The notes under the pieces are model-generated. The model was not told the origin of the DNA. It did no database searches and was given only the letters and a program-made list of their open reading frames with translations. DNA of 64,000 bases from an uncultured Verrucomicrobiae bacterium. GTDB taxonomy: Bacteria > Verrucomicrobiota > Verrucomicrobiia > Chthoniobacterales > Chthoniobacteraceae. Numbering within the stretch: the stretch's first letter is position 1; each line of letters starts with the position of its first letter. The translations under genes and the position numbers were made by a program. The DNA lies in NCBI GenBank assembly GCA_963828525.1, contig CAWHEP010000010.1, positions 288,001 through 352,000 of the forward strand, read 5' to 3'. Of this stretch, positions 39,152 through 48,991 are shown one piece after another.

Positions 39152-40384
39152 TCAGGCCGCTGCGAAATAACGTTCTGCCCGACGGATGATCTCCGGATAG
39201 TCCGTCTTGAAAGCGCAAGCATCGCGCAACGAGGCGAGGTCAACGCCGCTGGCATCGCGGGAGCTTGCCGGAATCGCGCGGTATTGCTCGCCTGCGGCCA
39301 CATCGCCATCCTGCTCGTAATAGGTGACGAAGCGCGAAATGTCCGAGAACGCAAAGGGCATCGCGGCCCCGAGGGCGCGGCACGAAGGGCAACCCGGGCA
39401 CATCGTGCGGCGGTGGCTCGTCACGATCTCCTTCAGCAGGGCAATGTGAGAGGCTGGAAGCGCCGTTTTGAAGCTGTGCGCCGCGCGCACATCGAGATCC
39501 ATTTCGGTGACATTTGTGATCCTCGTGCAGACCGCGGAGATCCGGGGGTCGCCCCACACGGAATGAAGCAGCGCCTGGTGCGTCGTAAGCCCCATCTTAT
39601 CGAATTCGGGGACCCTCTTGGGGATGTCCGCCGCGTTCCGCATGATCTTCATCGCAACCATCCCGATTCCGGCTTTGTGGCAGGCTTCGATGCCTTGATC
39701 GAACCGATCCCCTGCCGTGAAGAAAGGGGAGTATTTGAACATGATGGCATCGACGATCCCGCCCTTTCCGGCAGCATCAAGGTAATCGGTCAGCATGTCA
39801 TCATGGCAGGAGAACCCGACCATCTTTACCTTGCCTGAGCTCTTCAGGGCATCCGCCATTTTCTGAAACGCCGCGCTCTTCGGCCAGTTGAGAGACTCAG
39901 GAGTGTATTCCCTGGGGTTAATGCCATGGACAAAGAAGAGATCAAGGTAGCTCGTGCCGAGCGCCTCCAGGCGCTTGTCCAGCAGTTCCATCATCTGATC
40001 CAGACCTTTTCTTGGATGATCCTTTGAAACGAGGAAGAGGTCTTTCCTCCGCTCCGGATGCTGCGCGAGCCAATCCTTAATCACGCTCTCCGATTTGCCC
40101 TTCAGATAGCAGTCGGCGGTGTCGAAATAGCGGATTCCCATCGCCCATGCGATGTCCAGGTAGGCAGGGCTGTGGCCGTTGCTCTCACAGCCCAGAGCAA
40201 TCATCGGAACATCTGGGCCGTTTCTCCCGAGTTTTCGTGTTGGCAGCGGCATCACGGATTCTTGCGCCGCATCGGCAACAGCGGCAGGTGGACGGGCAAA
40301 CGGAATGGCGAGAGCGGCGGGAACCGCCATCGCCGTCTTTAGGAAATGCCTGCGGGATGTGGATGACGGCGGGTTCGTTTCCAT
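39152..40384 (-). CDS. Aldo/keto reductase with Tat-like N-terminus and Cys-rich C-terminal segment
   Basis: SRRHFLK; GIRYFDTADCY, YLDLFFVHG, VGFSCH, VAMK; CPGCPSC. Confidence 0.85.
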   Translation of the reverse strand: METNPPSSTSRRHFLKTAMAVPAALAIPFARPPAAVADAAQESVMPLPTRKLGRNGPDVPMIALGCESNGHSPAYLDIAWAMGIRYFDTADCYLKGKSESVIKDWLAQHPERRKDLFLVSKDHPRKGLDQMMELLDKRLEALGTSYLDLFFVHGINPREYTPESLNWPKSAAFQKMADALKSSGKVKMVGFSCHDDMLTDYLDAAGKGGIVDAIMFKYSPFFTAGDRFDQGIEACHKAGIGMVAMKIMRNAADIPKRVPEFDKMGLTTHQALLHSVWGDPRISAVCTRITNVTEMDLDVRAAHSFKTALPASHIALLKEIVTSHRRTMCPGCPSCRALGAAMPFAFSDISRFVTYYEQDGDVAAGEQYRAIPASSRDASGVDLASLRDACAFKTDYPEIIRRAERYFAAA

Positions 40385-40495
40385 GGAAGAGGCTCTCCTT
40401 ATCTTGTGGCTGAACGGAAGGAGCTTAACACGTGGCAAGTGTGGAAGCCAAGCTCGAACCAGCCGGGGTGGGGGAGATCGGGAGAGAACCCTTGC

Positions 40496-40741
40496 TTAGA
40501 ACTCTCCGGCGATTTGCTGTTCTTCCGCTGTCGCCTGGCGAATTTTCTCAGGCCTGAAGTTTTTTACCGAGCCATCCGGGAAAGCCGCGCTGACCCAGAG
40601 GCCAGGCGATAGCGTCTCGACCCGGAGAATTCGGCAGAACTCATCCGCTGCGGGAACTGCATTTCGCAGCTTTGCCAGCACCATCAACTTTCCGCGATGT
40701 TCAAGGCGATAGGCTGCTGCCTCGTCGGGAAGAAGTTCCAT
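40496..40741 (-). CDS. Small hypothetical protein
   Basis: 81-aa ORF with protein-like composition in an intergenic gap; no motif recognised. Confidence 0.45.
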   Translation of the reverse strand: MELLPDEAAAYRLEHRGKLMVLAKLRNAVPAADEFCRILRVETLSPGLWVSAAFPDGSVKNFRPEKIRQATAEEQQIAGEF

Positions 40742-41052
40742 TGGCGCGACGATAGTCTTTCTGCCGGGGATTAGCGAATGGCAGCTTGGGCGCGAGTTTT
40801 TCATTTAATCGTTTCGACGAAAAATTTGCGCAGCGATGGTGCGCGCAGAATTTCATGGAATGGCGTAAAGCCTGTCTGAGTGAAAGCCGCGCGTCGCCCC
40901 TTTTGCACGAATGAAGTCTGAGCCCGGTCGTGAAAAGCCTAACTTCCACAGAAAACTGCCGCCGCTTTTGAGAGATGAGAGCCCCTGTTCGAATGGCTGA
41001 AGGGAGGGGGTAGGGTGGACATTCCCGCTTTTCTGGAGGTACATGGAGAGCT

Positions 41053-41337
41053 ATGCCTATTCCTACCAGTCATCAAATGCGGATCGCCCTGAGTAAAGAC
41101 CTGAACATTTCAGGCTCCAAGCCATTGACGAAAGTATTGGATGACGTGGTCCGGAAGACGTTCACGGCGAACAAGGACGGAGCCATTCTGGAGTTTGCGC
41201 ACCGGCAGGCGGATAAGGAGTTCTGGAACGGGGTAAAATATTACGGCAGCGGAACGCGCAGCCGCGTGCGTATCCGGCGCACTCCGTTGGAGCCCGTCGG
41301 CGCGGTCGCAGAGAAGGCCGCTGCGCCTGAGGTTTAG
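41053..41337 (+). CDS. Small basic hypothetical protein
   Basis: 94-aa ORF preceded by SD-like GGAGGT and GGAGAG; no motif recognised. Confidence 0.55.
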   Translation: MPIPTSHQMRIALSKDLNISGSKPLTKVLDDVVRKTFTANKDGAILEFAHRQADKEFWNGVKYYGSGTRSRVRIRRTPLEPVGAVAEKAAAPEV

Positions 41338-41376
41338 CCGGGGCAGGAGATCTTCCGCGTTTCCGAGGGGGGAGCG

Positions 41377-42564
41377 CTACGTTTCGCTGAGTCGCTTCTG
41401 AGTTTCGCCTTTAAGCAGTTCGTGGGCTTCGGCGAGGATCCCGGGGATACGGGCCGCGAAAGGGTTGTCCGCCACTGCTTTCTCGATCTCTTTCGCATTG
41501 AACTCGGAAGCGTTCCCACCGGGGAACCAATGCCCCGCGTTGCCCAGAAGGTTGTACCGCATCTTCCCGTATTCGATCATATCCAGCGACTTGGCATGCA
41601 TCCACAGGCGTAAAATCTCGGATACATTGATCCCGCCCGGACAATCCGCGTAATCCGGCAGGCCGCGCCACCAGGCGCCGCACCAGTCCGCGCCGAGAAT
41701 GGAAATCATTTCATCCCGCAGGCGCTTTTCGACAGGATCAAGCGCGGCGGGGATGTCATCGTAGAAAGCCAGCGCCTTGAGATGCTCGTCGAAATCCTCC
41801 GGCTTGGAGGCGCCCAAACTCAAAGTATGCACCTCTGGCCGCGCGAGGCAGAAGAGGTCTCCGAACATGAGAGGTGAGAGGGGCTCGCACAGCTTTTTCA
41901 GCTTGGCGGGTGGCTTGTAGAGCAAACCGCCTTTGTCGTTCGGGCTGATGATGAAGACGCCCATGTCACGCGCCCGGGCGGCCTGGATGGCGTTCCAGTT
42001 CCACTCATTCACGAAGTACCAGTGCAGGTTGACGTAGTCGAACTCGTCCGTCGCGATTGCCGTCAGGATGACTTCGCGCGGAGCGTGTGTGGAGAACCCG
42101 ATGAATCGCGCGCGGCCATCCGCCTGGATTTTCCGGGCAGCTTCAAGGCAGCCGCCTTTCCTGAGCGTCTGGTCGAGCAGTTCCGCGTTGTTGATGCCGT
42201 GGATCGAAAGGAAGTCGACGTAGTCTAGTTTTAGATAGGCCATCGACTTGTCGAAAGCTTCCAGAAACTCTTGCTGGCTCTCGCGAGGAGACACCTTGGT
42301 CTGCACGAGCATTTCGGCTCTTGGCAGACGCGGCAGGATGCGCCCGAGCTGCATCTCTGAAGTGCCGTAGCCACGCGCGGTTTCGATGTGGTTGATGCCG
42401 AGTTCCAGCGCGCGGCGGATCGTGCGCTCGAGATTATCCTGGTTTGCGGCGGGAATGTCTTCCGGGGCCGCGTCGTCCCAGGCATGCTGGTAGCGCATGC
42501 CGCCGCATGAGAATACGGGGACTTGCGCCTCTGTTCTTCCAAATCTTCTGTAACGCATTTCCAT
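41377..42564 (-). CDS. Aldo/keto reductase family oxidoreductase
   Basis: MRYRRFGRT, GINHIETARGYGTSE, IGFSTH, YVNLHWY. Confidence 0.9.
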   Translation of the reverse strand: MEMRYRRFGRTEAQVPVFSCGGMRYQHAWDDAAPEDIPAANQDNLERTIRRALELGINHIETARGYGTSEMQLGRILPRLPRAEMLVQTKVSPRESQQEFLEAFDKSMAYLKLDYVDFLSIHGINNAELLDQTLRKGGCLEAARKIQADGRARFIGFSTHAPREVILTAIATDEFDYVNLHWYFVNEWNWNAIQAARARDMGVFIISPNDKGGLLYKPPAKLKKLCEPLSPLMFGDLFCLARPEVHTLSLGASKPEDFDEHLKALAFYDDIPAALDPVEKRLRDEMISILGADWCGAWWRGLPDYADCPGGINVSEILRLWMHAKSLDMIEYGKMRYNLLGNAGHWFPGGNASEFNAKEIEKAVADNPFAARIPGILAEAHELLKGETQKRLSET

Positions 42565-42685
42565 GGGCCGCACAGGCTGAAGATGCCGCATGCCCCGGTG
42601 GCTGTCCATTAACACTGAAGGCCCCTTGGCCTTGCTTCGAAGGCATCTGGATGCCACACTTGTTTCTCCAACAGGATTTCTCCGC

Positions 42686-43324
42686 ATGACTCTCGACCTC
42701 GATCTTTTCAAAGCCACTCCCTTGCAGACTGACCCGTTCGACTTTTTGGTCATTCCTGGTTTCGTGAAGGAAGAGGCGCGGGAGCGCATCAATGCCGATT
42801 ACCCTGAGGTGTCCAAGTCCGGAAGTTTTCCGCTGGATGAAGTGACGTTCGGTCCCGGGTTTCAGAGTTTGATCGATGATCTGAATGGGGACGAAATGCG
42901 CGTCGCGTTCGAGGAGAAATTTCACATCGATCTGTCCGGCAAGCCTACGATGACGACGGTGCGGGGACGATGCAGTGAGAAGGATGGGAAGATCCATACG
43001 GATTCCGACACGAAGATCATCACCGTGCTCATCTATCTGAACTCGCGATGGGAGCAGCCGGGCGGACAGCTTCGTTTGCTGCGTTCCGCGACGGACCTGG
43101 ACGATGTGATCATGGAGGTGCCACCCACGGAAGGAACTTTGCTGGCCTTTCGCCGCTGCGCAAACTCCTACCACGGACATAAGAAATTCTCGGGGCCCCG
43201 CCGCGTCGTGCAGTTCAACTGGGTCACCAGCCAGGCAGTTGTGGATCGAGCCATGACGCGGCACCGTTTCTCAAGCTGGACGAAAAAGCTGCAGACGGTC
43301 TTTGCTGGCGGCGCAAAGGCTTAA
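42686..43324 (+). CDS. 2OG-Fe(II) oxygenase
   Basis: HTD facial-triad motif, LIYLN, GGQLRL, SYHGH and distal RR. Confidence 0.85.
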   Translation: MTLDLDLFKATPLQTDPFDFLVIPGFVKEEARERINADYPEVSKSGSFPLDEVTFGPGFQSLIDDLNGDEMRVAFEEKFHIDLSGKPTMTTVRGRCSEKDGKIHTDSDTKIITVLIYLNSRWEQPGGQLRLLRSATDLDDVIMEVPPTEGTLLAFRRCANSYHGHKKFSGPRRVVQFNWVTSQAVVDRAMTRHRFSSWTKKLQTVFAGGAKA

Positions 43325-44505
43325 TCCAAGCTGTCATTCCCACTCCCGTTCCAACCGGCCAGATTCCCCTCCGCGAAAGGGATTTTTCGCGGATTCTGCT
43401 GATTAAGCCATCGGCGCTGGGGGATGTCGTTCACACGCTCCCCGTGCTTGTGAAACTGCGGGCGCGTTATCCGGCCGCCAGGATTGACTGGTTCATCACG
43501 CCGGAAAATGCCGAGATCGTCCGATGCCATCCAGCTCTGTCCAATATCGTCCTGTTCGCAAGACGCGAGTACGCGCGCGTCGGCAGGAGCGTCAGCGCGA
43601 CCGCTGGGTTTTTTCGGCTCCTGTCCCAAATACGGCGGGCGCGATACGATCTCGTCATCGATCTGCACGGGCAACTTCGATCCGTCTTCTTCGCCATGGT
43701 CACCGGAGCCGCCGTTCGCATCGGGTTTGACCGGCCAGCGCCAGGCGCGCGGGCCATCTCCGAACAGAACGGGTTGCAGGACGCCCCGCGGCGTGGCTGG
43801 AAGGGCGCGCGTGAAGGCTCCTGGGTGGCCTACTCGGACCGTATCCCCATCCCGACCTTGGATGTGCATGCCATCGACCGATATCTGTGGATCGGCGCCA
43901 TGCTTGGGTTTGACGCGTCCGAGCCGGATTCGACTGTCTATCTTCCACCCGAAACCGATGCGCGCGTCGCGGCGCTTTTCGCGGAATACCGGGTGCCTGA
44001 AAAACCCCTGGCGCTGCTTGTGCCGGGCACAATCTGGGAAACAAAACACTGGGCCGCCGAACGCTTTGCGGAGGTGGGCCGCCACCTGATGGAAAAGGGA
44101 TTCGCGGTTATTATCGCCGGGACTGCCCGGGATGGAGCGCTAGCCAGCCGGATGACAGCAACGACGCCCGGCATGCATGATCTCACAGGGAAGACCACTC
44201 CGGCTGACCTGGGGGGAATCATAAGGCGGGCCACGATTTGTGTAACCAATGATTCGGGGTCGATGCACCTAGCGACGGCGCTTTGCACGCCCGTCGTTTC
44301 CATTTTCGGCCCGACAAACCCCGCGCATATCGGACCATACCGTCACCCCGACTCAGTGGTGCGGGTGGATATACCGTGTTCTCCCTGCAATATCCGCAAG
44401 CTGGTCCAGTGTCCGCATGGCCATGCGTGCATGGAGCAGGTGACGCCTTCCATGGTAATTGAGAGGGTGGAAGCGTCGCTGGCTTCGCAAGCGGGTCGCG
44501 TCTGA
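43324..44505 (+). CDS. GT9 LPS heptosyltransferase (WaaC/WaaF-like); start uncertain
   Basis: ILLIKPSALGDVVHTLP lies in frame upstream of the called GTG at 43444; also DLVIDLHG, TKHW, NDSGSMHLA, IFGPT. Confidence 0.9.
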   Translation: MQAVIPTPVPTGQIPLRERDFSRILLIKPSALGDVVHTLPVLVKLRARYPAARIDWFITPENAEIVRCHPALSNIVLFARREYARVGRSVSATAGFFRLLSQIRRARYDLVIDLHGQLRSVFFAMVTGAAVRIGFDRPAPGARAISEQNGLQDAPRRGWKGAREGSWVAYSDRIPIPTLDVHAIDRYLWIGAMLGFDASEPDSTVYLPPETDARVAALFAEYRVPEKPLALLVPGTIWETKHWAAERFAEVGRHLMEKGFAVIIAGTARDGALASRMTATTPGMHDLTGKTTPADLGGIIRRATICVTNDSGSMHLATALCTPVVSIFGPTNPAHIGPYRHPDSVVRVDIPCSPCNIRKLVQCPHGHACMEQVTPSMVIERVEASLASQAGRV

Positions 44506-44517
44506 ACCCCTCGCGGA

Positions 44518-44793
44518 TTAGATGATGCCCCCGACGCGGGGGCATCGTCCCGGTTTGGCGGACGAGATGAGAAATCCACCGGCAATCACCATGCAGGTGG
44601 CCACGACATTCGCGACGTCTTTTTCGCTTTCGAAGGCGCGCACCGCTTGCGCCGCGCGAGCGGTGACGGCCGGCTGGTCGCTTGCGAGCGATGCGGATGT
44701 CCGCGCCTGGCTAGCGCTCGCCCACCAGAACTCGCCGCCCCAAACGAAAACACATAGCGCCAGGAACATCGTCAGCTTCATTCGGACTCTCAT
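44518..44793 (-). CDS. Small hypothetical membrane protein
   Basis: Two hydrophobic segments in a 91-aa ORF that fills the gap. Confidence 0.45.
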   Translation of the reverse strand: MRVRMKLTMFLALCVFVWGGEFWWASASQARTSASLASDQPAVTARAAQAVRAFESEKDVANVVATCMVIAGGFLISSAKPGRCPRVGGII

Positions 44794-44928
44794 ATTGATC
44801 CTCTCCTCTTCATCTACTTGGGAGCATCAGATGTGCCATGGCGCGGCTCTCCGGGCATGGAAAGGAAGAGAAGTCGACGCCCGAAATCAATCGCAAAATG
44901 GCCCCGCATCCCCAAAGCTGAAGCGCTT

Positions 44929-45960
44929 GTGAAAGCTTTGATCCTTCAGGAATACATGCGACTGGCCTATGAAGAGGTGGCCATGCCGGAGGTGGGGCGA
45001 ACGAATGTCCTGGTAGCTGTGAAGGCGTGCGGCATCTGCGGCAGCGACGTTCATGGAATGGATGGCTCCACCGGACGTCGCCGTCCGCCCATCATCATGG
45101 GTCACGAGGCAGCCGGAGTCATCGTAGAGACGGGCAGCGAGGTCACAGGCTGGAAAGCGGGTGATCGCGTAACGTTTGACTCGACCATTTACTGTGGACA
45201 CTGCGATTTTTGCCACCGGGGTGAAGTAAACCTTTGCGACGACCGCCGCGTGCTGGGGGTATCCTGCGCAGAGTATCGTCAGCCGGGGGCGTTCGCGGAT
45301 TTTGTGGCCGTGCCTCAGCGGACTTTGCATCGACTGCCGGACATAGTGTCCTTCGAGCGCGCGGCGCTGATTGAGCCATTCACGATTGCGCTTCACGCGT
45401 TGAATCGAACGGCGCATGGCTTGAACGATACGGCGGTGGTTATTGGATGCGGGATGATAGGCCTGGCGCTCCTTCAGATAATCCGCCTCTCCGGCTTCGG
45501 GCGTGTGATAGCCGTGGACACGGCGCCTGACCGGCTTGAACAGGCCACCCGCCTTGGCGCGCATGAAGTCGTGAACTCCTCGGACGGACGGGGCCTCGCC
45601 AATATATTACGGGTTACCGGCAACAGGGGAGCAGAACAGGTATTCGAGGCCGTCGGCGCGCAAGCCACTGTTGACATGGCCGTGAGCGCGGCGCGCAAAG
45701 GCGGGAGCGTGACTCTTGTTGGCAATATTGCTGCCAGGGTGGAAATGCCGTTGCAGATGATTGTGACTCGCGAGCTGTCGCTGTTTGGTTCGTGCGCTTC
45801 GGCTGGCGAATACACGGCGTGTCTTGATATGATGGCCAGAGGAGCAATCACTGTGGAGCCGCTGCTCAGCGCGGTCGCTCCCCTGTCAGAAGGAGCTGGA
45901 TGGTTTGATCGACTCTATAAGCGAGAAGCCGGGCTGTTGAAGGTGATCTTGGTTCCTTAG
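44929..45960 (+). CDS. Zn-dependent sugar-alcohol dehydrogenase (GatD/GutB-like MDR)
   Basis: CGICGSD, GHE, CGHCDFC...C, GCGMIG; likely GTG start at 44929. Confidence 0.9.
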   Translation: MKALILQEYMRLAYEEVAMPEVGRTNVLVAVKACGICGSDVHGMDGSTGRRRPPIIMGHEAAGVIVETGSEVTGWKAGDRVTFDSTIYCGHCDFCHRGEVNLCDDRRVLGVSCAEYRQPGAFADFVAVPQRTLHRLPDIVSFERAALIEPFTIALHALNRTAHGLNDTAVVIGCGMIGLALLQIIRLSGFGRVIAVDTAPDRLEQATRLGAHEVVNSSDGRGLANILRVTGNRGAEQVFEAVGAQATVDMAVSAARKGGSVTLVGNIAARVEMPLQMIVTRELSLFGSCASAGEYTACLDMMARGAITVEPLLSAVAPLSEGAGWFDRLYKREAGLLKVILVP

Positions 45961-45999
45961 GAGAGTCGGTAGGACCAAAACAAAGTAGTGAATACCTTG

Positions 46000-46809
46000 A
46001 TGCCAAACATTTTCGATCTCACTGGTAAAGTCGCCATCGTTACGGGAACCAGTCGCGGGCTCGGACAACACCTAGGGAGAGCGCTGGCCACCGCGGGCGC
46101 GGATTTGGTTGTCACCAGCCGCAATCCATCGACGCTTGAATCCTTCCAGAGAGAGATCGAAGCGCTCGGCCGCCGCGCGCTTCCCCTGCCACTTGATGTG
46201 CGGGATCAGGTCAGCATTCAGAGAATGGTAGAAGATGCTGTCGCCCATTACGGCGCAATCGATATCCTCGTGAACAATGCCGGATGCAATGTTCGAAAGC
46301 CGGCCCTGGAAGTGTCATGGGACGAATGGAATCTGATTCTGGACACGAACCTGCGCGGCACCTTTTTCGTGTCGCAAGCCGTGGCGCGCCACATGGTATC
46401 GAGGAAACGCGGACGGATCATAAACATCGGTTCGGTGACGTGTGTCGCGGGCTATGCCGGGCTCGCCCCGTATGGCGCGAGCCGTGGCGGCGTGAAGCAG
46501 CTTACGATGAGTCTCGCCGACGATTGGGGAATGCATGGCATCACGGTAAACTGTCTCGCTCCCGGATGGTTCAGGACAGCGCAGAACGCGGTAATGTATG
46601 AGAATCAGGAATGGGTCGATTACCTATGTGATCGAATCCCGCTTAAACGACCGGGCAAACCATCCGACCTGGATGGCGCGGTGGTTTTTCTGGCGTCAGA
46701 CGCGAGTGAGTATATGACCGCCCAAACTTTGTTAATTGACGGCGGAATCTCCGGAGGCGCTGTGCGCGCTCTGCCACGTCCGGGGTTCGGTGAGTCGTCT
46801 GTTGCGTAG
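46000..46809 (+). CDS. SDR oxidoreductase (gluconate 5-dehydrogenase/KduD-like)
   Basis: TGTSRGLG, NNAG, YGASR (YxxxR variant), PGWFRT. Confidence 0.88.
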   Translation: MPNIFDLTGKVAIVTGTSRGLGQHLGRALATAGADLVVTSRNPSTLESFQREIEALGRRALPLPLDVRDQVSIQRMVEDAVAHYGAIDILVNNAGCNVRKPALEVSWDEWNLILDTNLRGTFFVSQAVARHMVSRKRGRIINIGSVTCVAGYAGLAPYGASRGGVKQLTMSLADDWGMHGITVNCLAPGWFRTAQNAVMYENQEWVDYLCDRIPLKRPGKPSDLDGAVVFLASDASEYMTAQTLLIDGGISGGAVRALPRPGFGESSVA

Positions 46810-46873
46810 GGAGCGCAATTTTTCCTGGAACCGGTCTGCCGAGCTTGTCGTGGAGAGGACTATACGCCGCAAT

Positions 46874-47299
46874 ATGTCAACCGGCCCATACCTTAAGTCG
46901 AAGATCGGAGCGCATCTACGCTACCCAGTAAAATTCACGGAGCTTCAAACGCTTCTCTCGCCATCTGTCGAAGAACTGCCGCTCCAGGTTTGGTTTTACG
47001 ACGGTTATAAGGCTCCTCGGAAGAATGAAAGCCGGGAGAGCTATGTCATTTTTGAAGCCCGCTACTACTCTCCAGATACGCAGCTTTCCGGGACGTTGTG
47101 GCAACTCTTTGTCTACCCGGTGCCGCTTGCCCTGTTGCAACATGTTGGTTCCGTGGTTCCGGCCGGATTGGCTTGCGTTCGAGACTGGTTGCTGGCTTCG
47201 CGCTCCCCGATCTGGCTTTCCTCGGGGCATGCTCTCTTCATTGACTTTGCCCCGGGATCGCAGGAGATCACCGTTCGCGAATGGAGTAAGTGGAAATAG
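46874..47299 (+). CDS. Hypothetical protein
   Basis: 141-aa aromatic-rich ORF; no motif recognised. Confidence 0.55.
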   Translation: MSTGPYLKSKIGAHLRYPVKFTELQTLLSPSVEELPLQVWFYDGYKAPRKNESRESYVIFEARYYSPDTQLSGTLWQLFVYPVPLALLQHVGSVVPAGLACVRDWLLASRSPIWLSSGHALFIDFAPGSQEITVREWSKWK

Positions 47300-47444
47300 C
47301 GAGGAAGGAAGTAACAAACTTCTGACGAGGCAAAATTCTTGGTTGCTTTCATTGTTCGACGCGCCGAACAGCGATTCTCTCCACGCCAAGCGATGCTCTC
47401 TGATATTGACAGCAGCGCGTGAGATTGCTTATTGATCCTTCCCG

Positions 47445-48297
47445 ATGAAATGGTCTTCGTTTCATAGGGCCATTTTGATGCTCGCGCTCTGGACTGGATG
47501 CGCGGCGGGAGCGAACGCGGACTGGATTCGCGATTTCAGCGTAGAGAGCATCTATAACAGCAATATCTCCAACTCGAACCGCGCAACCGACCGTCTGGAC
47601 GACTTCGCGTTCGGGACCTCGGCGCGGCTTGGAAGGTCTACTCAACTGAGCGACAGCCTTCGGTTGATATTCACGATCGACCTCGCTTCGCAAACCTTCA
47701 CGAAGTTCGACGCGCTTGATAATTACTCTGCGGGCGCCACCACGTCGCTGCGCTACCGGTTTGGCCTCGGGGCTCTTGCGCCATTTCTCAGCGTGGAGGG
47801 CAGTCTTCGCTGGAAGGAGTTTAACGACAGCCTTCAGGAGGGTGTGCGTTCGCGCGTGGTGGTGGTGGCTGGCAAGCGTTTGACGGAGCGGTTCGAATTG
47901 CGGGCGGGTTACGTCTTTGACCATGCGGACGCCCGCGCCGCCGTTTATGAACAGGAGGGTCATGGAGGATTCGCGCGCGCCACCATTCGATCTCACGAGC
48001 AGCGCGCAACTTACGGTGGAATATTCGGCGCGGCGGGGTCAGGTGATTTCCTATGGCAGGCCGCCAAGGCCTGATCTCGTGGGTCTCGCGAATGACCGGA
48101 TGCTGGTTGATACCTTCGGGACCCCTTATGTGGCATATAATATCGACGCGACGACCCAGCGCGCGGCAGTCGGTTTACACCAGGCGCTGACGCGCAACCT
48201 CGGGTTGAGCCTTGATTACGAATGGCAGCAAACCACGCGGAGTAATATTGAATACACAAACCATCTCGTCATCCTCGCCGTCCAGGCCAGCTTCTGA
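47445..48297 (+). CDS. Outer-membrane beta-barrel protein; +1 frameshift near 47985
   Basis: Signal peptide, alternating amphipathic strands and C-terminal VQASF. Removing A47985 joins ORFs 47445..48074 and 47917..48297. Confidence 0.75.
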
Positions 48298-48955
48298 CGC
48301 GCTCCGGCTGATCGCGCGCGTCTGCGCGTCGATCCTCGCGATATCCGCCGGCTGTGCCTGCGCGCTCGCGGCCGAGGTGGCCGCGCAGGTAAACGACACG
48401 CGCGGGGCTCCGGTTGCCAATGCCGTGGTATACGCGACACCGCTTTCCGGGAAGGCCGGCCAAAAACCGCAACCGGCGGTCATTACGCAACAGAACCAGC
48501 AGTTTGTTCCTTATGTCACCGCAGTGGAGACGGGAGCCGTGATTAATCTCCCGAACCGCGATAACGTGAAGCATCAGGCCTACTCGATTTCCCCCGCGAA
48601 GAAATTCGAGCTGCCGCTCTACGTCGGAACTCCGGAAGCCCCGCTGCTGTTCGACAAGCCGGGCATCGTCACCATCGGCTGCAATATTCACGACTGGATG
48701 AGAGCCTATGTCTGTGTTGTGGACACCCCATTCTTTGCGGTCACCGGCGCGGACGGGCGAGCCCAGCTCCGCGGCCTGGCCGCGGGCACCTATACGGTGG
48801 AAGTGTGGCAGCCTCGGTTGAAAGAGCAGCAGTCGAAGTACAGGCAGCAAGCAAGCCTCGGCGCGTCGCCAGCTCATGTCGCCTTCACGCTCGATCTCAA
48901 GCCCGACTTCCGCCCGAGGCGCAATCCCGCGTCTGTCGATGCGACTTACCGCTAA
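48248..48955 (+). CDS. Periplasmic cupredoxin-like protein with carboxypeptidase-regulatory-like domain ('methylamine utilization protein'-like); start uncertain
   Basis: QFVPYV, PNRDNVKHQAYS, GCNIHDWM (type-1 copper-like ligands) and GTYTVEVW. Confidence 0.8.
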   Translation: MNTQTISSSSPSRPASDALRLIARVCASILAISAGCACALAAEVAAQVNDTRGAPVANAVVYATPLSGKAGQKPQPAVITQQNQQFVPYVTAVETGAVINLPNRDNVKHQAYSISPAKKFELPLYVGTPEAPLLFDKPGIVTIGCNIHDWMRAYVCVVDTPFFAVTGADGRAQLRGLAAGTYTVEVWQPRLKEQQSKYRQQASLGASPAHVAFTLDLKPDFRPRRNPASVDATYR

Positions 48956-48991
48956 CGCGGCGCCGCCCTCGGGGGCGGCGGCATCCACGGG

